Part shown: positions 1 through 9,922 of the stretch, one piece after another
Layout: every line of letters starts with the position of its first letter
How positions within the stretch are numbered: the stretch's first letter is position 1
DNA from: an uncultured delta proteobacterium
Lineage (GTDB): Bacteria > Desulfobacterota > Binatia > UBA9968
Reading direction: 5' to 3'
Assembly (NCBI GenBank): GCA_963840855.1
Contig: CAWJBB010000079.1
Location: forward strand, 141,487-205,486
Length of the DNA stretch: 64,000 nt
Made by a program: the position numbers and the translations under genes
The notes under the pieces: model-generated
Databases searched by the model: none
What the model was told of the DNA's origin: nothing
Seen by the model: the letters and a program-made list of their open reading frames with translations, nothing else

Positions 1-120
1 ACTGCCATCGCTCACATTGTGGAAGTACTTGAGCTCAAAAATGAGCCCGCCAAACAGCTCCGGCTGGAGGATTTTGCCGACCTTTCATTCTTGATGCAGA
101 CACGCAAAGGTTTGCGCTGA
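1..120 (+). CDS. 3' end of ABC substrate-binding protein (copy of 5747..6613), truncated by window edge
   Basis: 1..120 is identical to 6494..6613 and ends ...QTRKGLR*. Confidence 0.85.
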   Translation, partial: TAIAHIVEVLELKNEPAKQLRLEDFADLSFLMQTRKGLR

Positions 121-136
121 TGAACTTGCCGTTGCG

Positions 137-1123
137 TTACGAAACTTCGACAAAATAGGGGATCGCGCGGATGGCCACGCTAAGCGCAAGGACGCCGAGA
201 GAAGCCAGAGCGAAGGGATAAAACCAAGGCACTTGTTTGCCCAGGCTTTTCACGAGAAAAGTTCCCTTCTCGGTTCTGTTGATATTCGCGTAGGCTTCCT
301 CGAGCTGCTTCGCGTCGCGCACGTCAAAGTAATTCCCCCCCGTGCCTTCCACCGCCGCAATCAACCTCGGCGCGTCGCGCGCTTTTTCCACTTCTACGCC
401 GATAAAATGGATCTTGAATTTATCGTCCTTCGCCCGCGCGATGGCCTGATAGACATCGCGGCCGGTGTTGTTCTCGCCGTCGGTGAGAACGATCATCACC
501 CTTCCTTTGTCGGCTCCTTTGGCGTCCCGCCCTTGCTTGGCGGCGAGGTCGAGGGAAGTCAGAATTCCTTCACCGATGGCCGTTTGGCCCTCGCTGGCGA
601 GCATCTTGTTGTCGACCAGTTGGAGATAACGCTGCACGTAAGCGGAATCGAAGGTCATCGGCGCCACAACGTAGCCATTTTCAGAGAACACGACCACCGC
701 CAACCGGTCGTCGTGGCGCCGCTCCACGAAGGTGGCCATGGCTTCCTTGACGGCTCCCAGCCGGTCTTTTTCTTTTGTCCGAATACCCAGCCGTTGCCGT
801 TCCAACGCGCCCCTGAGGTCGATGGGCTCCTGCATACTGGAAGAGAGATCGACGACCATGATGATATCGAGACCTTTTTTAGCGATGAAACGTTGCGACG
901 CGGGGAGCACCGGGTCCAGGAGCGCCACGACCAGCAATCCCAATGACAGAAGCTCCAGGAAACGCGGCAGATAAACCAGGCGGGAAGCCGGGCGAATTCG
1001 CGTCTTGAGATAGTGCAATAGAGGGTGGGTGAAGTAGCTCCGCGGCCTGCGCCAGCGCACCGCCAAGACTAACACGATGAGCGGAATGAGAACCCACAGC
1101 AGATCCAAACGGGCAAACTTCAT
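137..1123 (-). CDS. vWA-domain membrane protein, BatA/MxaC-like (copy 1)
   Basis: N-terminal TM segments, MIDAS DLSSS, T-AIGEG, LTDGE, C-terminal TM. Confidence 0.85.
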   Translation of the reverse strand: MKFARLDLLWVLIPLIVLVLAVRWRRPRSYFTHPLLHYLKTRIRPASRLVYLPRFLELLSLGLLVVALLDPVLPASQRFIAKKGLDIIMVVDLSSSMQEPIDLRGALERQRLGIRTKEKDRLGAVKEAMATFVERRHDDRLAVVVFSENGYVVAPMTFDSAYVQRYLQLVDNKMLASEGQTAIGEGILTSLDLAAKQGRDAKGADKGRVMIVLTDGENNTGRDVYQAIARAKDDKFKIHFIGVEVEKARDAPRLIAAVEGTGGNYFDVRDAKQLEEAYANINRTEKGTFLVKSLGKQVPWFYPFALASLGVLALSVAIRAIPYFVEVS

Positions 1124-1133
1124 GTCGTGGCCT

Positions 1134-2204
1134 TTATATGCGCAGCCTTTGGGTCAACTTGCCAAGCTCGCCTTGAACCTCATCTCGCCAATCTCTTCCC
1201 AAATCTGCGCCCCGCCTTGTGTAAAGCACCTGCTCGCATCTCTCGAGCAGGGTTTTGATCGGCGCTCCCAAGCCCTCTTGCCCGTGGTTTTTTAAAGCGC
1301 TGGCAACCTCATCTGGAGTCAGGCTTGAGACATCGATTTCCAGCGATTGACCGAGATACTCGCGCATGAACCGGGAGACTTCGGCATAGAACCGCAGCTG
1401 ATCTTCGGCGGAATCCCGGCCCATCGTTTGAGTAGCGCGCAAGAAATCCTGCAGCATTCGGGCCTTGGCCCGCCGGGTCAAGTGTCGCGTTTTGGGTTTC
1501 TCCGTGGACGACGATGTCCAGAGGCGCCGGGTGAATTGCACGGCTAAAAAAATCATCCCCGCCAAACCGAGCGCCAGGGCGGCCATCCATCGCTCGGGGC
1601 CGGCCCGCGAGATGACTCTGCTGTCACGGGGCCTAAGGGCATCGGCGGTCAAAGTCGAACGGAGGCCAACTCGGGTCGCGGGCACGGGAAAAGATTCCGC
1701 GAGAGTATCTCCACCCTTCTCTGATCCCGCTTTGAGCGTAAAGTAATATAGGACGAAGGAAGGAATTCGTAGCTCGGCTTGCCCGCTCTCGTAGGTAGCG
1801 AGTAGAAGAATAACCTCGGTAACTTTCTTGTCGGCGCCGAATGCGCTATGACGCACGGCAACTTCGCGCACCACGAATGGCGCCAGATTCAAGCTCTCCT
1901 TTTTCAAAGGTTCCAAAACAATTTCGATGTTAGGATCATGGATAGCCCTCACGGTGTAGTGGAACAGGTCGCCAACCCAGACAGCAGTTTTATCCAAATG
2001 AGTCGAGACGGCGATTTTACTCGTCTTGACCTTTTTCTCCACCGGTGCGGCGCCCAGCGTCGTTAAAGCGAGTAGCAACAATAGAAGGCGCAAGGCGTGA
2101 GGCGCAAGGCGTGTCTTTATCGTGGTTCGTGTTCGTGATTCGTGTTCACCCGAGCACGAGAAACGAGCACGATTTCCACGAGATGATTGAGCGTAACGAA
2201 TCAT
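1134..2204 (-). CDS. MxaA/BatD-like exported protein with TM segment (copy 1); true start probably near 2095
   Basis: Signal-like LRLLLLLLALTTLGAAP, LDKTAVWVGD motif, TM, C-terminal LTPDEV helical part; lies between DUF58 and vWA genes. Confidence 0.6.
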   Translation of the reverse strand: MIRYAQSSRGNRARFSCSGEHESRTRTTIKTRLAPHALRLLLLLLALTTLGAAPVEKKVKTSKIAVSTHLDKTAVWVGDLFHYTVRAIHDPNIEIVLEPLKKESLNLAPFVVREVAVRHSAFGADKKVTEVILLLATYESGQAELRIPSFVLYYFTLKAGSEKGGDTLAESFPVPATRVGLRSTLTADALRPRDSRVISRAGPERWMAALALGLAGMIFLAVQFTRRLWTSSSTEKPKTRHLTRRAKARMLQDFLRATQTMGRDSAEDQLRFYAEVSRFMREYLGQSLEIDVSSLTPDEVASALKNHGQEGLGAPIKTLLERCEQVLYTRRGADLGRDWRDEVQGELGKLTQRLRI

Positions 2205-2244
2205 ATGACTTTTTTTCAGGCGCCTGCCGGTGATACGACCTTAT

Positions 2245-3129
2245 TCATCGACGCCTCTTGCGAGCAAGAAAGAAACCGATCAGCGGGTCCAGATAGGGTT
2301 TTCCGGGATGAAGAAACAGATGGTCTAAGCCCATGGTGTAAAGAGCGCGCTCCAGCACGACCCGTCGTTCCAGCATCATGGACCGGTAGAGATCCTTATT
2401 CTTCCTGGTCAGGTTGAGAACTATTCCAGCGCCCGATTCCGCGTCGCGCAGGCGCGCGAAGCCGCGCCCGCCGGGCAAGGCCTCCTCCCAGTTGTCCGCG
2501 ACGATGAGGGGAATGAGATCGTGCTTGCGCGCGATATGCCTGAGCGCATGGCCATGCAAGGCCTCTTCCGCCTCAATGAAGTCCGAGATCAAAAAAATCA
2601 AGGCCGAGGTCCTGAGCTTGCCGAACAAATGCGCGAATGGGAGTGAAAAATCGGTCTTGACCGAGCTTGGTTTGACATCCCACAGGGATTCTAAAATCTG
2701 CCAGATTTGTCTGGAGCCCGCCTTGAGCGGGATATCCAATTCGATTCTGTCGGTGAATCCCAGCAAGCCGACCTTCATATTGTCGCCAGTGGCGGAAAAA
2801 GCCAGGATCGCGGCGACCCGCACGAGCAGCTCCCGTTTCGATTGGTCCACGCTGGCAAATTCCATCGACCGTGACAGGTCCGCGATGATGATGGCGCTCA
2901 ACTCCTTCTCTTCGAAGTCCTTCTTCACGAACGGGTAGCGCATGCGCGCGGTGGCATTCCAGTCGATCTGCCGGTAATCATCGCCTTGTTGGTAAGGCTT
3001 GTGCTGGTCGAATTCGAAGCCTCTACCGCGCAGCGGGCTGCGATAGTCTCCCACCCGGTGATCCCGCACCGCCCGGCGCGTATAAATCTCGATGTAGCGC
3101 AACTCTTCCATCAACGCTCTAGGGATCAT
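2245..3129 (-). CDS. DUF58 family protein (MxaS-like) (copy 1)
   Basis: GRGFEFDQHKPYQQGDDYRQIDWNATAR, DLSRSM, ISDF. Confidence 0.92.
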   Translation of the reverse strand: MIPRALMEELRYIEIYTRRAVRDHRVGDYRSPLRGRGFEFDQHKPYQQGDDYRQIDWNATARMRYPFVKKDFEEKELSAIIIADLSRSMEFASVDQSKRELLVRVAAILAFSATGDNMKVGLLGFTDRIELDIPLKAGSRQIWQILESLWDVKPSSVKTDFSLPFAHLFGKLRTSALIFLISDFIEAEEALHGHALRHIARKHDLIPLIVADNWEEALPGGRGFARLRDAESGAGIVLNLTRKNKDLYRSMMLERRVVLERALYTMGLDHLFLHPGKPYLDPLIGFFLARKRRR

Positions 3130-3179
3130 ATTTATTATTCACCGCGACGGACACGACGAGCACGAAGGGTTCGCAATAC

Positions 3180-3199
3180 GGGACGGTCGCGACCGTCCC
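3180..3199. repeat. REP-like palindrome GGGACGGTCGCGACCGTCCC (also 9673..9692; partial at 18061..18079)
   Basis: Perfect intergenic palindrome, repeated. Confidence 0.7.
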
Positions 3200-3221
3200 C
3201 TACTTTGTGACCTTTGTACTA

Positions 3222-3420
3222 CTATGTTTAAGAGTTTTCGCGGCTCGCGCAAATTCTTTGTTGCCCTTATCCTAAATTGTGGAATTCAGAAGACAATACG
3301 GTATCACCACGAAGGCACGAAGGACACGAAGGGTTCGGATATTTATACTCTTAAACTTCGTGAACTTCGTGCCTTCGTGGTGAGTCCCCTCGTCTTGTGC
3401 CTTTTGTGGTTGAATCTCTT
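3222..3420. repeat. ~200-bp dispersed hairpin element (copies 9715..9913 and 28345..28546)
   Basis: Shared core TCACCACGAAGGCACGAAG...CTTCGTGCCTTCGTGGTGA; a diverged third copy lies outside the tandem duplication. Confidence 0.75.
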
Positions 3421-3429
3421 GTTCTCTTT

Positions 3430-4452
3430 CTATGGGACCGCGACTTTTGCCAATAATTCCTCAACGATTTCGTCCGGCGAGATGTTTTCCGCCTCCGCGC
3501 GCACGGTGCGGATCAAGCGGTGGCGCAGGGCGTCCGGAGCAATGCGCTTGACATCGGCGGGAAGAACGAAATCCCGGCCCGCGAAGAAGGCGGTGGTGCG
3601 CGCCAGCGCGAGAAGATGCTGCGCCGCCCGCGGCGACGCGCCATGAAGAACCATTTCACTGATCACGGGCAGGCTCATCGCCATCCCGTTGCGCGTGGCG
3701 CGGACGATGCGGATGACATACTCTCTGATGGCATCGCTGACGAAGGTTTCCCCGCCGATGCGCTTGCGCAAGCGGATCACGTCGGCGGGCGCCATGACGG
3801 CCCTTACGGTCAATTGGCTCAAGTTGCGCGCGAGCATCGCGGCCTCGTCCGCATGGGTCGGATAGTCGACCTTCACTTTCAAGGAAAATCGGTCCACTTG
3901 AGCTTCGGGGAGAGCGTAGACGCCTTCTTGTTCAATGGGATTTTGCGTCGCCAAGACCCAAAAGGGTTCATCCAGAGGATAGGTCGTCTCGCCGATGGTG
4001 ACTTGCCGTTCCTGCATCGCTTCCAAAAGCGCGCTCTGGGTTTTCTGCGTGGCGCGATTGATCTCGTCGGCCAAAATCAAGTTGGCGAAGATCGGTCCCT
4101 TTTCGGTGCGGAACGTGCCTAGGGCAATATCAAAAATTCGCGTGCCGATGATGTCGGCGGGGAGCAGGTCCGGCGTGAACTGAATGCGTTGAAACCTGGC
4201 GCTGATCGTGTTGGCAAGGGTCATCACCGTCAGGGTCTTGGCCAGCCCGGGCACTCCCTCCAGCAGCACATGGCCGTAGCCCGATTTCTCCTCCTCGTCG
4301 CGCTTGAATGAATAAGGTATCTCCGAGAACAAACCGATCAGCAGGCGTTGAATCAGCCATTCCTGGCCCACGATCACCTTGTTGATCTCTTGCGCCACCG
4401 CCTGGATGGCTTCGAAGGCCTGCTCTCGGTCTATGTTTTCGCGCGTGTCCAC
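3430..4452 (-). CDS. moxR: MoxR family AAA+ ATPase (copy 1)
   Basis: HVLLEGVPGLAKT, RIQFTPDLLPAD, LADEINRA, ATQNPIEQEG; GTG start matches copy 2 (10945). Confidence 0.93.
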   Translation of the reverse strand: MDTRENIDREQAFEAIQAVAQEINKVIVGQEWLIQRLLIGLFSEIPYSFKRDEEEKSGYGHVLLEGVPGLAKTLTVMTLANTISARFQRIQFTPDLLPADIIGTRIFDIALGTFRTEKGPIFANLILADEINRATQKTQSALLEAMQERQVTIGETTYPLDEPFWVLATQNPIEQEGVYALPEAQVDRFSLKVKVDYPTHADEAAMLARNLSQLTVRAVMAPADVIRLRKRIGGETFVSDAIREYVIRIVRATRNGMAMSLPVISEMVLHGASPRAAQHLLALARTTAFFAGRDFVLPADVKRIAPDALRHRLIRTVRAEAENISPDEIVEELLAKVAVP

Positions 4453-4457
4453 GGCTA

Positions 4458-5060
4458 CGAACCTGAAATTAACAGCGTCAAAAAAAGATGCCGGCCGCGG
4501 CCAGCAAAAAGCCATGATAAAAGTCCTGGTATTCGATGACTTTTCTGAAGCCGGTGATATCGCGCTCTTTGAGAACGATTTCAGAAAAAGTCTTATCCAG
4601 CTCGAAACCGCTGAGAGATCGGTAAAACTTCCCTCCAGTCTTGTCCGCGATCCAGTGCAGGGTGCGCTCATCGAAACGAGTGATGATTCTTTTACCCTGG
4701 TCGTCCTCGAGGTAAACAGGACGGCCGCTCTCGTACGCAATCGGTATCGGCGCGCCTTCCACGGAGCCTACGCCGACGGTATGGACCTTGACTCCTTGTT
4801 CTTTCACCGCGTCAACCGCCCCATCGAGCTCCGCGCTGTTGTCCTCGCCGTCGGAAAGCAGGATAAAGACCTTCTTGTTGCGCGCCGCTGCAGGGTACAC
4901 TTCGGCTTCTTTGCGAATCACGGTAAGACCATTTCTGAGCCCGCGCCCGATATTGGTTCCATGGCTCACGCTGGTGTCTTCTTTCAGATAGTCGAGATAA
5001 TAGAGAATATTGTTGGCGTCTTCAGTCAGGTAGGAGATGATCACGCTGCCGCCGGCAAAC
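4458..5060 (-). pseudogene. 5'-truncated copy of the BatB/MxaL-like vWA gene at the duplication junction
   Basis: Matches the 3' 60% of 10951..11958 from FAGGSVII onward; N-terminus absent; A7 vs A8 run near the stop. Confidence 0.85.
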
Positions 5061-5723
5061 AAGAATCGCAACGTCGCGGCATTGACCGCCAACACACAAG
5101 TAGGCGTAGCCTTCAATAAAAACCTCATCGCTGCCGAGAAAACACCCAATACCTGGGAAGATTATCTAAAACCCGAGTTCAAAGGAAAAAAGTTTGTCGC
5201 TGATGTCAGGCCCACAGAGATCGCGGCGCTGGTGCCTGCATGGGGATTGGAAAAGACTGTCGACTACGCGCGCAAGCTGGCCGCCCAGCAACCGGTGTGG
5301 GTGCGTGGCACCACCAGGGCGACCATGGCCGTATTTGCCGGAGAGTATCCCATGTTCATAGGGGGCAATTACAAATCCATCCGGCGAGCGCAGCAAAAGG
5401 ATCGCGCCGGCGTGCTACACTACAAGCTCCTGGAACCGATCCCTGTGCGCCCCGCCGAGCCTTTCGGGGTGATCGCCACAAGTGGCAATCCGCATACGGC
5501 GTTACTATGGATTGAATTCGTGGCTACAGCGGAAGGTCAAAAAATTATCGATGACTTTGATCCCTTCGGAGCATCCATTTACGCGCCGAACTCGATACAA
5601 GGCCAGGAGATCAAAGGCAAGAAGGTGTCATTGGTGGACTGGGAGTATTATACGCTGCTGGGCGAATATCAGGACAAAATCGTCGCCGCTTATGGCTTTC
5701 CCAAGGCCGACCCCCAAAAATAG
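5061..5723 (+). pseudogene. 5'-truncated ABC extracellular solute-binding protein (Fe/polyamine-type SBP fold)
   Basis: AFNKNLI-AEKTPNTWED, NPHTALLWIEF; no signal peptide; begins exactly at the junction. Confidence 0.75.
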
Positions 5724-5746
5724 AAGAACCGAAAAAGGGAGCGAAA

Positions 5747-6613
5747 ATGATTCTGGTTTTGCGCACCGCCTCGATGAGCGGTCTCCCCTTCTACATAGCA
5801 GAAGAAAAAGGCTTCTTTAACAGAGAAAACGTCCAGGTCCGCTGCATACATTCACACGATCCGAAGCGAAGAATAGTCCAATTACTGGCCGAGGGGGAAG
5901 TTGATTTCTATACCTCGATAAGCGCCATCGTGGAAGCGGTTACCCACGGCGTGAAAGTAAAAGCGCTGTGCGCCACGAGCAACTCGCGATATCCGTGCGC
6001 GGCCAGAGAGGAGATTCGGTCGTTTTCCGGTTTGAAAAATAAAAAAGTGATGGTGGGAGGCGGCAGGTCGCGCAACGAAGTTCTCTGGCTCTGCCGGCGC
6101 CTGGGTTGGCAACCGGATCAGGATCTGGAAATTGTCTCCGGAGATCTGTCCGAGCGCGCGCAGGCCTTCTCCGATCCCAGCTTTGCTGCCGTGTTCGGGC
6201 GGCCTCAGTACCTGTCCTGGCTCAAAAAAGGCGGGTTTCATCTTTTACCTTATCCGGACAAGGACGACGCCTGGCCCGAAGGGTGTCTCGCCACAAGTCA
6301 AGCACTGATTGAGGAGAAGCCGGACGTCATACAAAAGGTTGTCAACGCGGTCGTTACGGCCACTGAGTACGCCAGAAGCCATAAAGAGGAAGCCCTAGCG
6401 GTTGCGATGAACCATGTTGGCTATCTCGGAAAAGAGGCGGTTGAGGGAAATTATGAAGTGCTGCGCGAATGGTACTCCAACGATATTAGCGAGACTGCCA
6501 TCGCTCACATTGTGGAAGTACTTGAGCTCAAAAATGAGCCCGCCAAACAGCTCCGGCTGGAGGATTTTGCCGACCTTTCATTCTTGATGCAGACACGCAA
6601 AGGTTTGCGCTGA
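5747..6613 (+). CDS. ABC substrate-binding protein, NMT1/SsuA-like
   Basis: LPFYIAEEKGFF-REN, LKNKKV, EEKPDVIQK, DLSFL end. Confidence 0.8.
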   Translation: MILVLRTASMSGLPFYIAEEKGFFNRENVQVRCIHSHDPKRRIVQLLAEGEVDFYTSISAIVEAVTHGVKVKALCATSNSRYPCAAREEIRSFSGLKNKKVMVGGGRSRNEVLWLCRRLGWQPDQDLEIVSGDLSERAQAFSDPSFAAVFGRPQYLSWLKKGGFHLLPYPDKDDAWPEGCLATSQALIEEKPDVIQKVVNAVVTATEYARSHKEEALAVAMNHVGYLGKEAVEGNYEVLREWYSNDISETAIAHIVEVLELKNEPAKQLRLEDFADLSFLMQTRKGLR

Positions 6614-6629
6614 TGAACTTGCCGTTGCG

Positions 6630-7616
6630 TTACGAAACTTCGACAAAATAGGGGATCGCGCGGATGGCCACGCTAAGCGCAAGGACGCCGAGAGAAGCCA
6701 GAGCGAAGGGATAAAACCAAGGCACTTGTTTGCCCAGGCTTTTCACGAGAAAAGTTCCCTTCTCGGTTCTGTTGATATTCGCGTAGGCTTCCTCGAGCTG
6801 CTTCGCGTCGCGCACGTCAAAGTAATTCCCCCCCGTGCCTTCCACCGCCGCAATCAACCGCGGCGCGTCGCGCGCTTTTTCCACTTCTACGCCGATAAAA
6901 TGGATCTTGAATTTATCGTCCTTCGCCCGCGCGATGGCCTGATAGACATCGCGGCCGGTGTTGTTCTCGCCGTCGGTGAGAACGATCATCACCCTTCCTT
7001 TGTCGGCTCCTTTGGCGTCCCGCCCTTGCTTGGCGGCGAGGTCGAGGGAAGTCAGAATTCCTTCACCGATGGCCGTTTGGCCCTCGCTGGCGAGCATCTT
7101 GTTGTCGACCAGTTGGAGATAACGCTGCACGTAAGCGGAATCGAAGGTCATCGGCGCCACAACGTAGCCATTTTCAGAGAACACGACCACCGCCAACCGG
7201 TCGTCGTGGCGCCGCTCCACGAAGGTGGCCATAGCTTCCTTGACGGCTCCCAGCCGGTCTTTTTCTTTTGTCCGAATACCCAGCCGTTGCCGTTCCAACG
7301 CGCCCCTGAGGTCTATGGGCTCCTGCATACTGGAAGAGAGATCGACGACCATGATGATATCGAGACCTTTTTTAGCGATGAAACGTTGCGACGCGGGGAG
7401 CACCGGGTCCAGGAGCGCCACGACCAGCAATCCCAATGACAGAAGCTCCAGGAAACGCGGCAGATAAACCAGGCGGGAAGCCGGGCGAATTCGCGTCTTG
7501 AGATAGTGCAATAGAGGGTGGGTGAAGTAGCTCCGCGACCTGCGCCAGCGCACCGCCAAGACTAACACGATGAGCGGAATGAGAACCCACAGCAGATCCA
7601 AACGGGCAAACTTCAT
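6630..7616 (-). CDS. vWA-domain membrane protein, BatA/MxaC-like (copy 2)
   Basis: Same motifs as copy 1; one substitution (RRSRS vs RRPRS). Confidence 0.85.
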   Translation of the reverse strand: MKFARLDLLWVLIPLIVLVLAVRWRRSRSYFTHPLLHYLKTRIRPASRLVYLPRFLELLSLGLLVVALLDPVLPASQRFIAKKGLDIIMVVDLSSSMQEPIDLRGALERQRLGIRTKEKDRLGAVKEAMATFVERRHDDRLAVVVFSENGYVVAPMTFDSAYVQRYLQLVDNKMLASEGQTAIGEGILTSLDLAAKQGRDAKGADKGRVMIVLTDGENNTGRDVYQAIARAKDDKFKIHFIGVEVEKARDAPRLIAAVEGTGGNYFDVRDAKQLEEAYANINRTEKGTFLVKSLGKQVPWFYPFALASLGVLALSVAIRAIPYFVEVS

Positions 7617-7626
7617 GTCGTGGCCT

Positions 7627-8697
7627 TTATATGCGCAGCCTTTGGGTCAACTTGCCAAGCTCGCCTTGAACCTCATCTCGCCAATCTCTTCCCAAATCTG
7701 CGCCCCGCCTTGTGTAAAGCACCTGCTCGCATCTCTCGAGCAGGGTTTTGATCGGCGCTCCCAACCCCTCTTGCCCGTGGTTTTTTAAAGCGCTGGCAAC
7801 CTCATCTGGAGTCAGGCTTGAGACATCGATTTCCAGCGATTGACCGAGATACTCGCGCATGAACCGGGAGACTTCGGCATAGAACCGCAGCTGATCTTCG
7901 GCGGAATCCCGGCCCATCGTTTGAGTAGCGCGCAAGAAATCCTGCAGCATTCGGGCCTTGGCCCGCCGGGTCAAGTGTCGCGTTTTGGGTTTCTCCGTGG
8001 ACGACGATGTCCAGAGGCGCCGGGTGAATTGCACGGCTAAAAAAATCATCCCCGCCAAACCGAGCGCCAGGGCGGCCATCCATCGCTCGGGGCCAGCCCG
8101 CGAGATGACTCTGCTGTCACGGGGCCTAAGGGCATCGGCGGTCAAAGTCGAACGGAGGCCAACTCGGGTCGCGGGCACGGGAAAAGATTCCGCGAGAGTA
8201 TCTCCACCCTTCTCTGATCCCGCTTTGAGCGTAAAGTAATATAGGACGAAGGAAGGAATTCGTAGCTCGGCTTGCCCGCTCTCGTAGGTAGCGAGTAGAA
8301 GAATAACCTCGGTAACTTTCTTGTCGGCGCCGAATGCGCCATGACGCACGGCAACTTCGCGCACCACGAATGGCGCCAGATTCAAGCTCTCCTTTTTCAA
8401 AGGTTCCAAAACAATTTCGATGTTAGGATCATGGATAGCCCTCACGGTGTAGTGGAACAGGTCGCCAACCCAGACAGCAGTTTTATCCAAATGAGTCGAG
8501 ACGGCGATTTTACTCGTCTTGACCTTTTTCTCCACCGGTGCGGCGCCCAGCGTCGTTAAAGCGAGTAGCAACAATAGAAGGCGCAAGGCGTGAGGCGCAA
8601 GGCGTGTCTTTATCGTGGTTCGTGTTCGTGATTCGTGTTCACCCGAGCACGAGAAACGAGCACGATTTCCACGAGATGATTGAGCGTAACGAATCAT
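7627..8697 (-). CDS. MxaA/BatD-like protein (copy 2)
   Basis: As copy 1; HGAF vs HSAF. Confidence 0.6.
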   Translation of the reverse strand: MIRYAQSSRGNRARFSCSGEHESRTRTTIKTRLAPHALRLLLLLLALTTLGAAPVEKKVKTSKIAVSTHLDKTAVWVGDLFHYTVRAIHDPNIEIVLEPLKKESLNLAPFVVREVAVRHGAFGADKKVTEVILLLATYESGQAELRIPSFVLYYFTLKAGSEKGGDTLAESFPVPATRVGLRSTLTADALRPRDSRVISRAGPERWMAALALGLAGMIFLAVQFTRRLWTSSSTEKPKTRHLTRRAKARMLQDFLRATQTMGRDSAEDQLRFYAEVSRFMREYLGQSLEIDVSSLTPDEVASALKNHGQEGLGAPIKTLLERCEQVLYTRRGADLGRDWRDEVQGELGKLTQRLRI

Positions 8698-8737
8698 ATG
8701 ACTTTTTTTCAGGCGCCCGCCGGTGATACGACCTTAT

Positions 8738-9622
8738 TCATCGACGCCTCTTGCGAGCAAGAAAGAAACCGATCAGCGGGTCCAGATAGGGTTTTCCGGG
8801 ATGAAGAAACAGATGGTCTAAGCCCATGGTGTAAAGAGCGCGCTCCAGCACGACCCGTCGTTCCAGCATCATGGACCGGTAGAGATCCTTATTCTTCCTG
8901 GTCAGGTTGAGAACTATTCCAGCGCCAGATTCCGCGTCGCGCAGGCGCGCGAAGCCGCGCCCGCCGGGCAAGGCCTCCTCCCAGTTGTCCGCGACGATGA
9001 GGGGAATGAGATCGTGCTTGCGCGCGATATGCCTGAGCGCATGGCCATGCAAGGCCTCTTCCGCCTCAATGAAGTCCGAGATCAAAAAAATCAAGGCCGA
9101 GGTCCTAAGCTTGCCGAACAAATGCGCGAATGGGAGTGAAAAATCGGTCTTGACCGAGCTTGGTTTGACATCCCACAGGGATTCTAAAATCTGCCAGATT
9201 TGTCTGGAGCCCGCCTTGACCGGGATATCCAATTCGATTCTGTCGGTGAATCCCAGCAAGCCGACCTTCATATTGTCGCCAGTGGCGGAAAAAGCCAGGA
9301 TCGCGGCGACCCGCACGAGCAGCTCCCGTTTCGATTGGTCCACGCTGGCAAATTCCATCGACCGTGACAGGTCCGCGATGATGATGGCGCTCAACTCCTT
9401 CTCTTCGAAGTCCTTCTTCACGAACGGGTAGCGCATGCGCGCGGTGGCATTCCAGTCGATCTGCCGGTAATCATCGCCTTGTTGGTAAGGCTTGTGCTGG
9501 TCGAATTCGAAGCCTCTACCGCGCAGCGGGCTGCGATAGTCTCCCACCCGGTGATCCCGCACCGCCCGGCGCGTATAAATCTCGATGTAGCGCAACTCTT
9601 CCATCAACGCTCTAGGGATCAT
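8738..9622 (-). CDS. DUF58 family protein (MxaS-like) (copy 2)
   Basis: DUF58 motifs; IPVKAG vs IPLKAG. Confidence 0.92.
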   Translation of the reverse strand: MIPRALMEELRYIEIYTRRAVRDHRVGDYRSPLRGRGFEFDQHKPYQQGDDYRQIDWNATARMRYPFVKKDFEEKELSAIIIADLSRSMEFASVDQSKRELLVRVAAILAFSATGDNMKVGLLGFTDRIELDIPVKAGSRQIWQILESLWDVKPSSVKTDFSLPFAHLFGKLRTSALIFLISDFIEAEEALHGHALRHIARKHDLIPLIVADNWEEALPGGRGFARLRDAESGAGIVLNLTRKNKDLYRSMMLERRVVLERALYTMGLDHLFLHPGKPYLDPLIGFFLARKRRR

Positions 9623-9922
9623 ATTTATTATTCACCGCGACGGACACGACGAGCACGAAGGGTTCGCAATACGGGACGGTCGCGACCGTCCCCTACTTTG
9701 TGACCTTTGTACTACTATGTTTAAGAGTTTTCGCGGCTCGCGCAAATTCTTTGTTGCCCTTATCCTAAATTGTGGAATTCAGAAGACAATACGGTATCAC
9801 CACGAAGGCACGAAGGACACGAAGGGTTCGGATATTTATACTCTTAAACTTCGTGAACTTCGTGCCTTCGTGGTGAGTCCCCTCTTCTTGTGCCTTTTGT
9901 GGTTGAATCTCTTGTTCTCTTT

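Noticed and set aside
2085-2204. N-terminal ~35 aa of the 356-aa ORF
   Set aside because: Encoded by simple repeats (GGCGCAAGGCGTG x2, CGTGTT/GAGCACGA); likely intergenic repeat DNA ahead of the real leader.
3430-4740. 436-aa N-terminally extended MoxR
   Set aside because: The extension overlaps the vWA gene in another frame and is absent in copy 2; real start is 4452.
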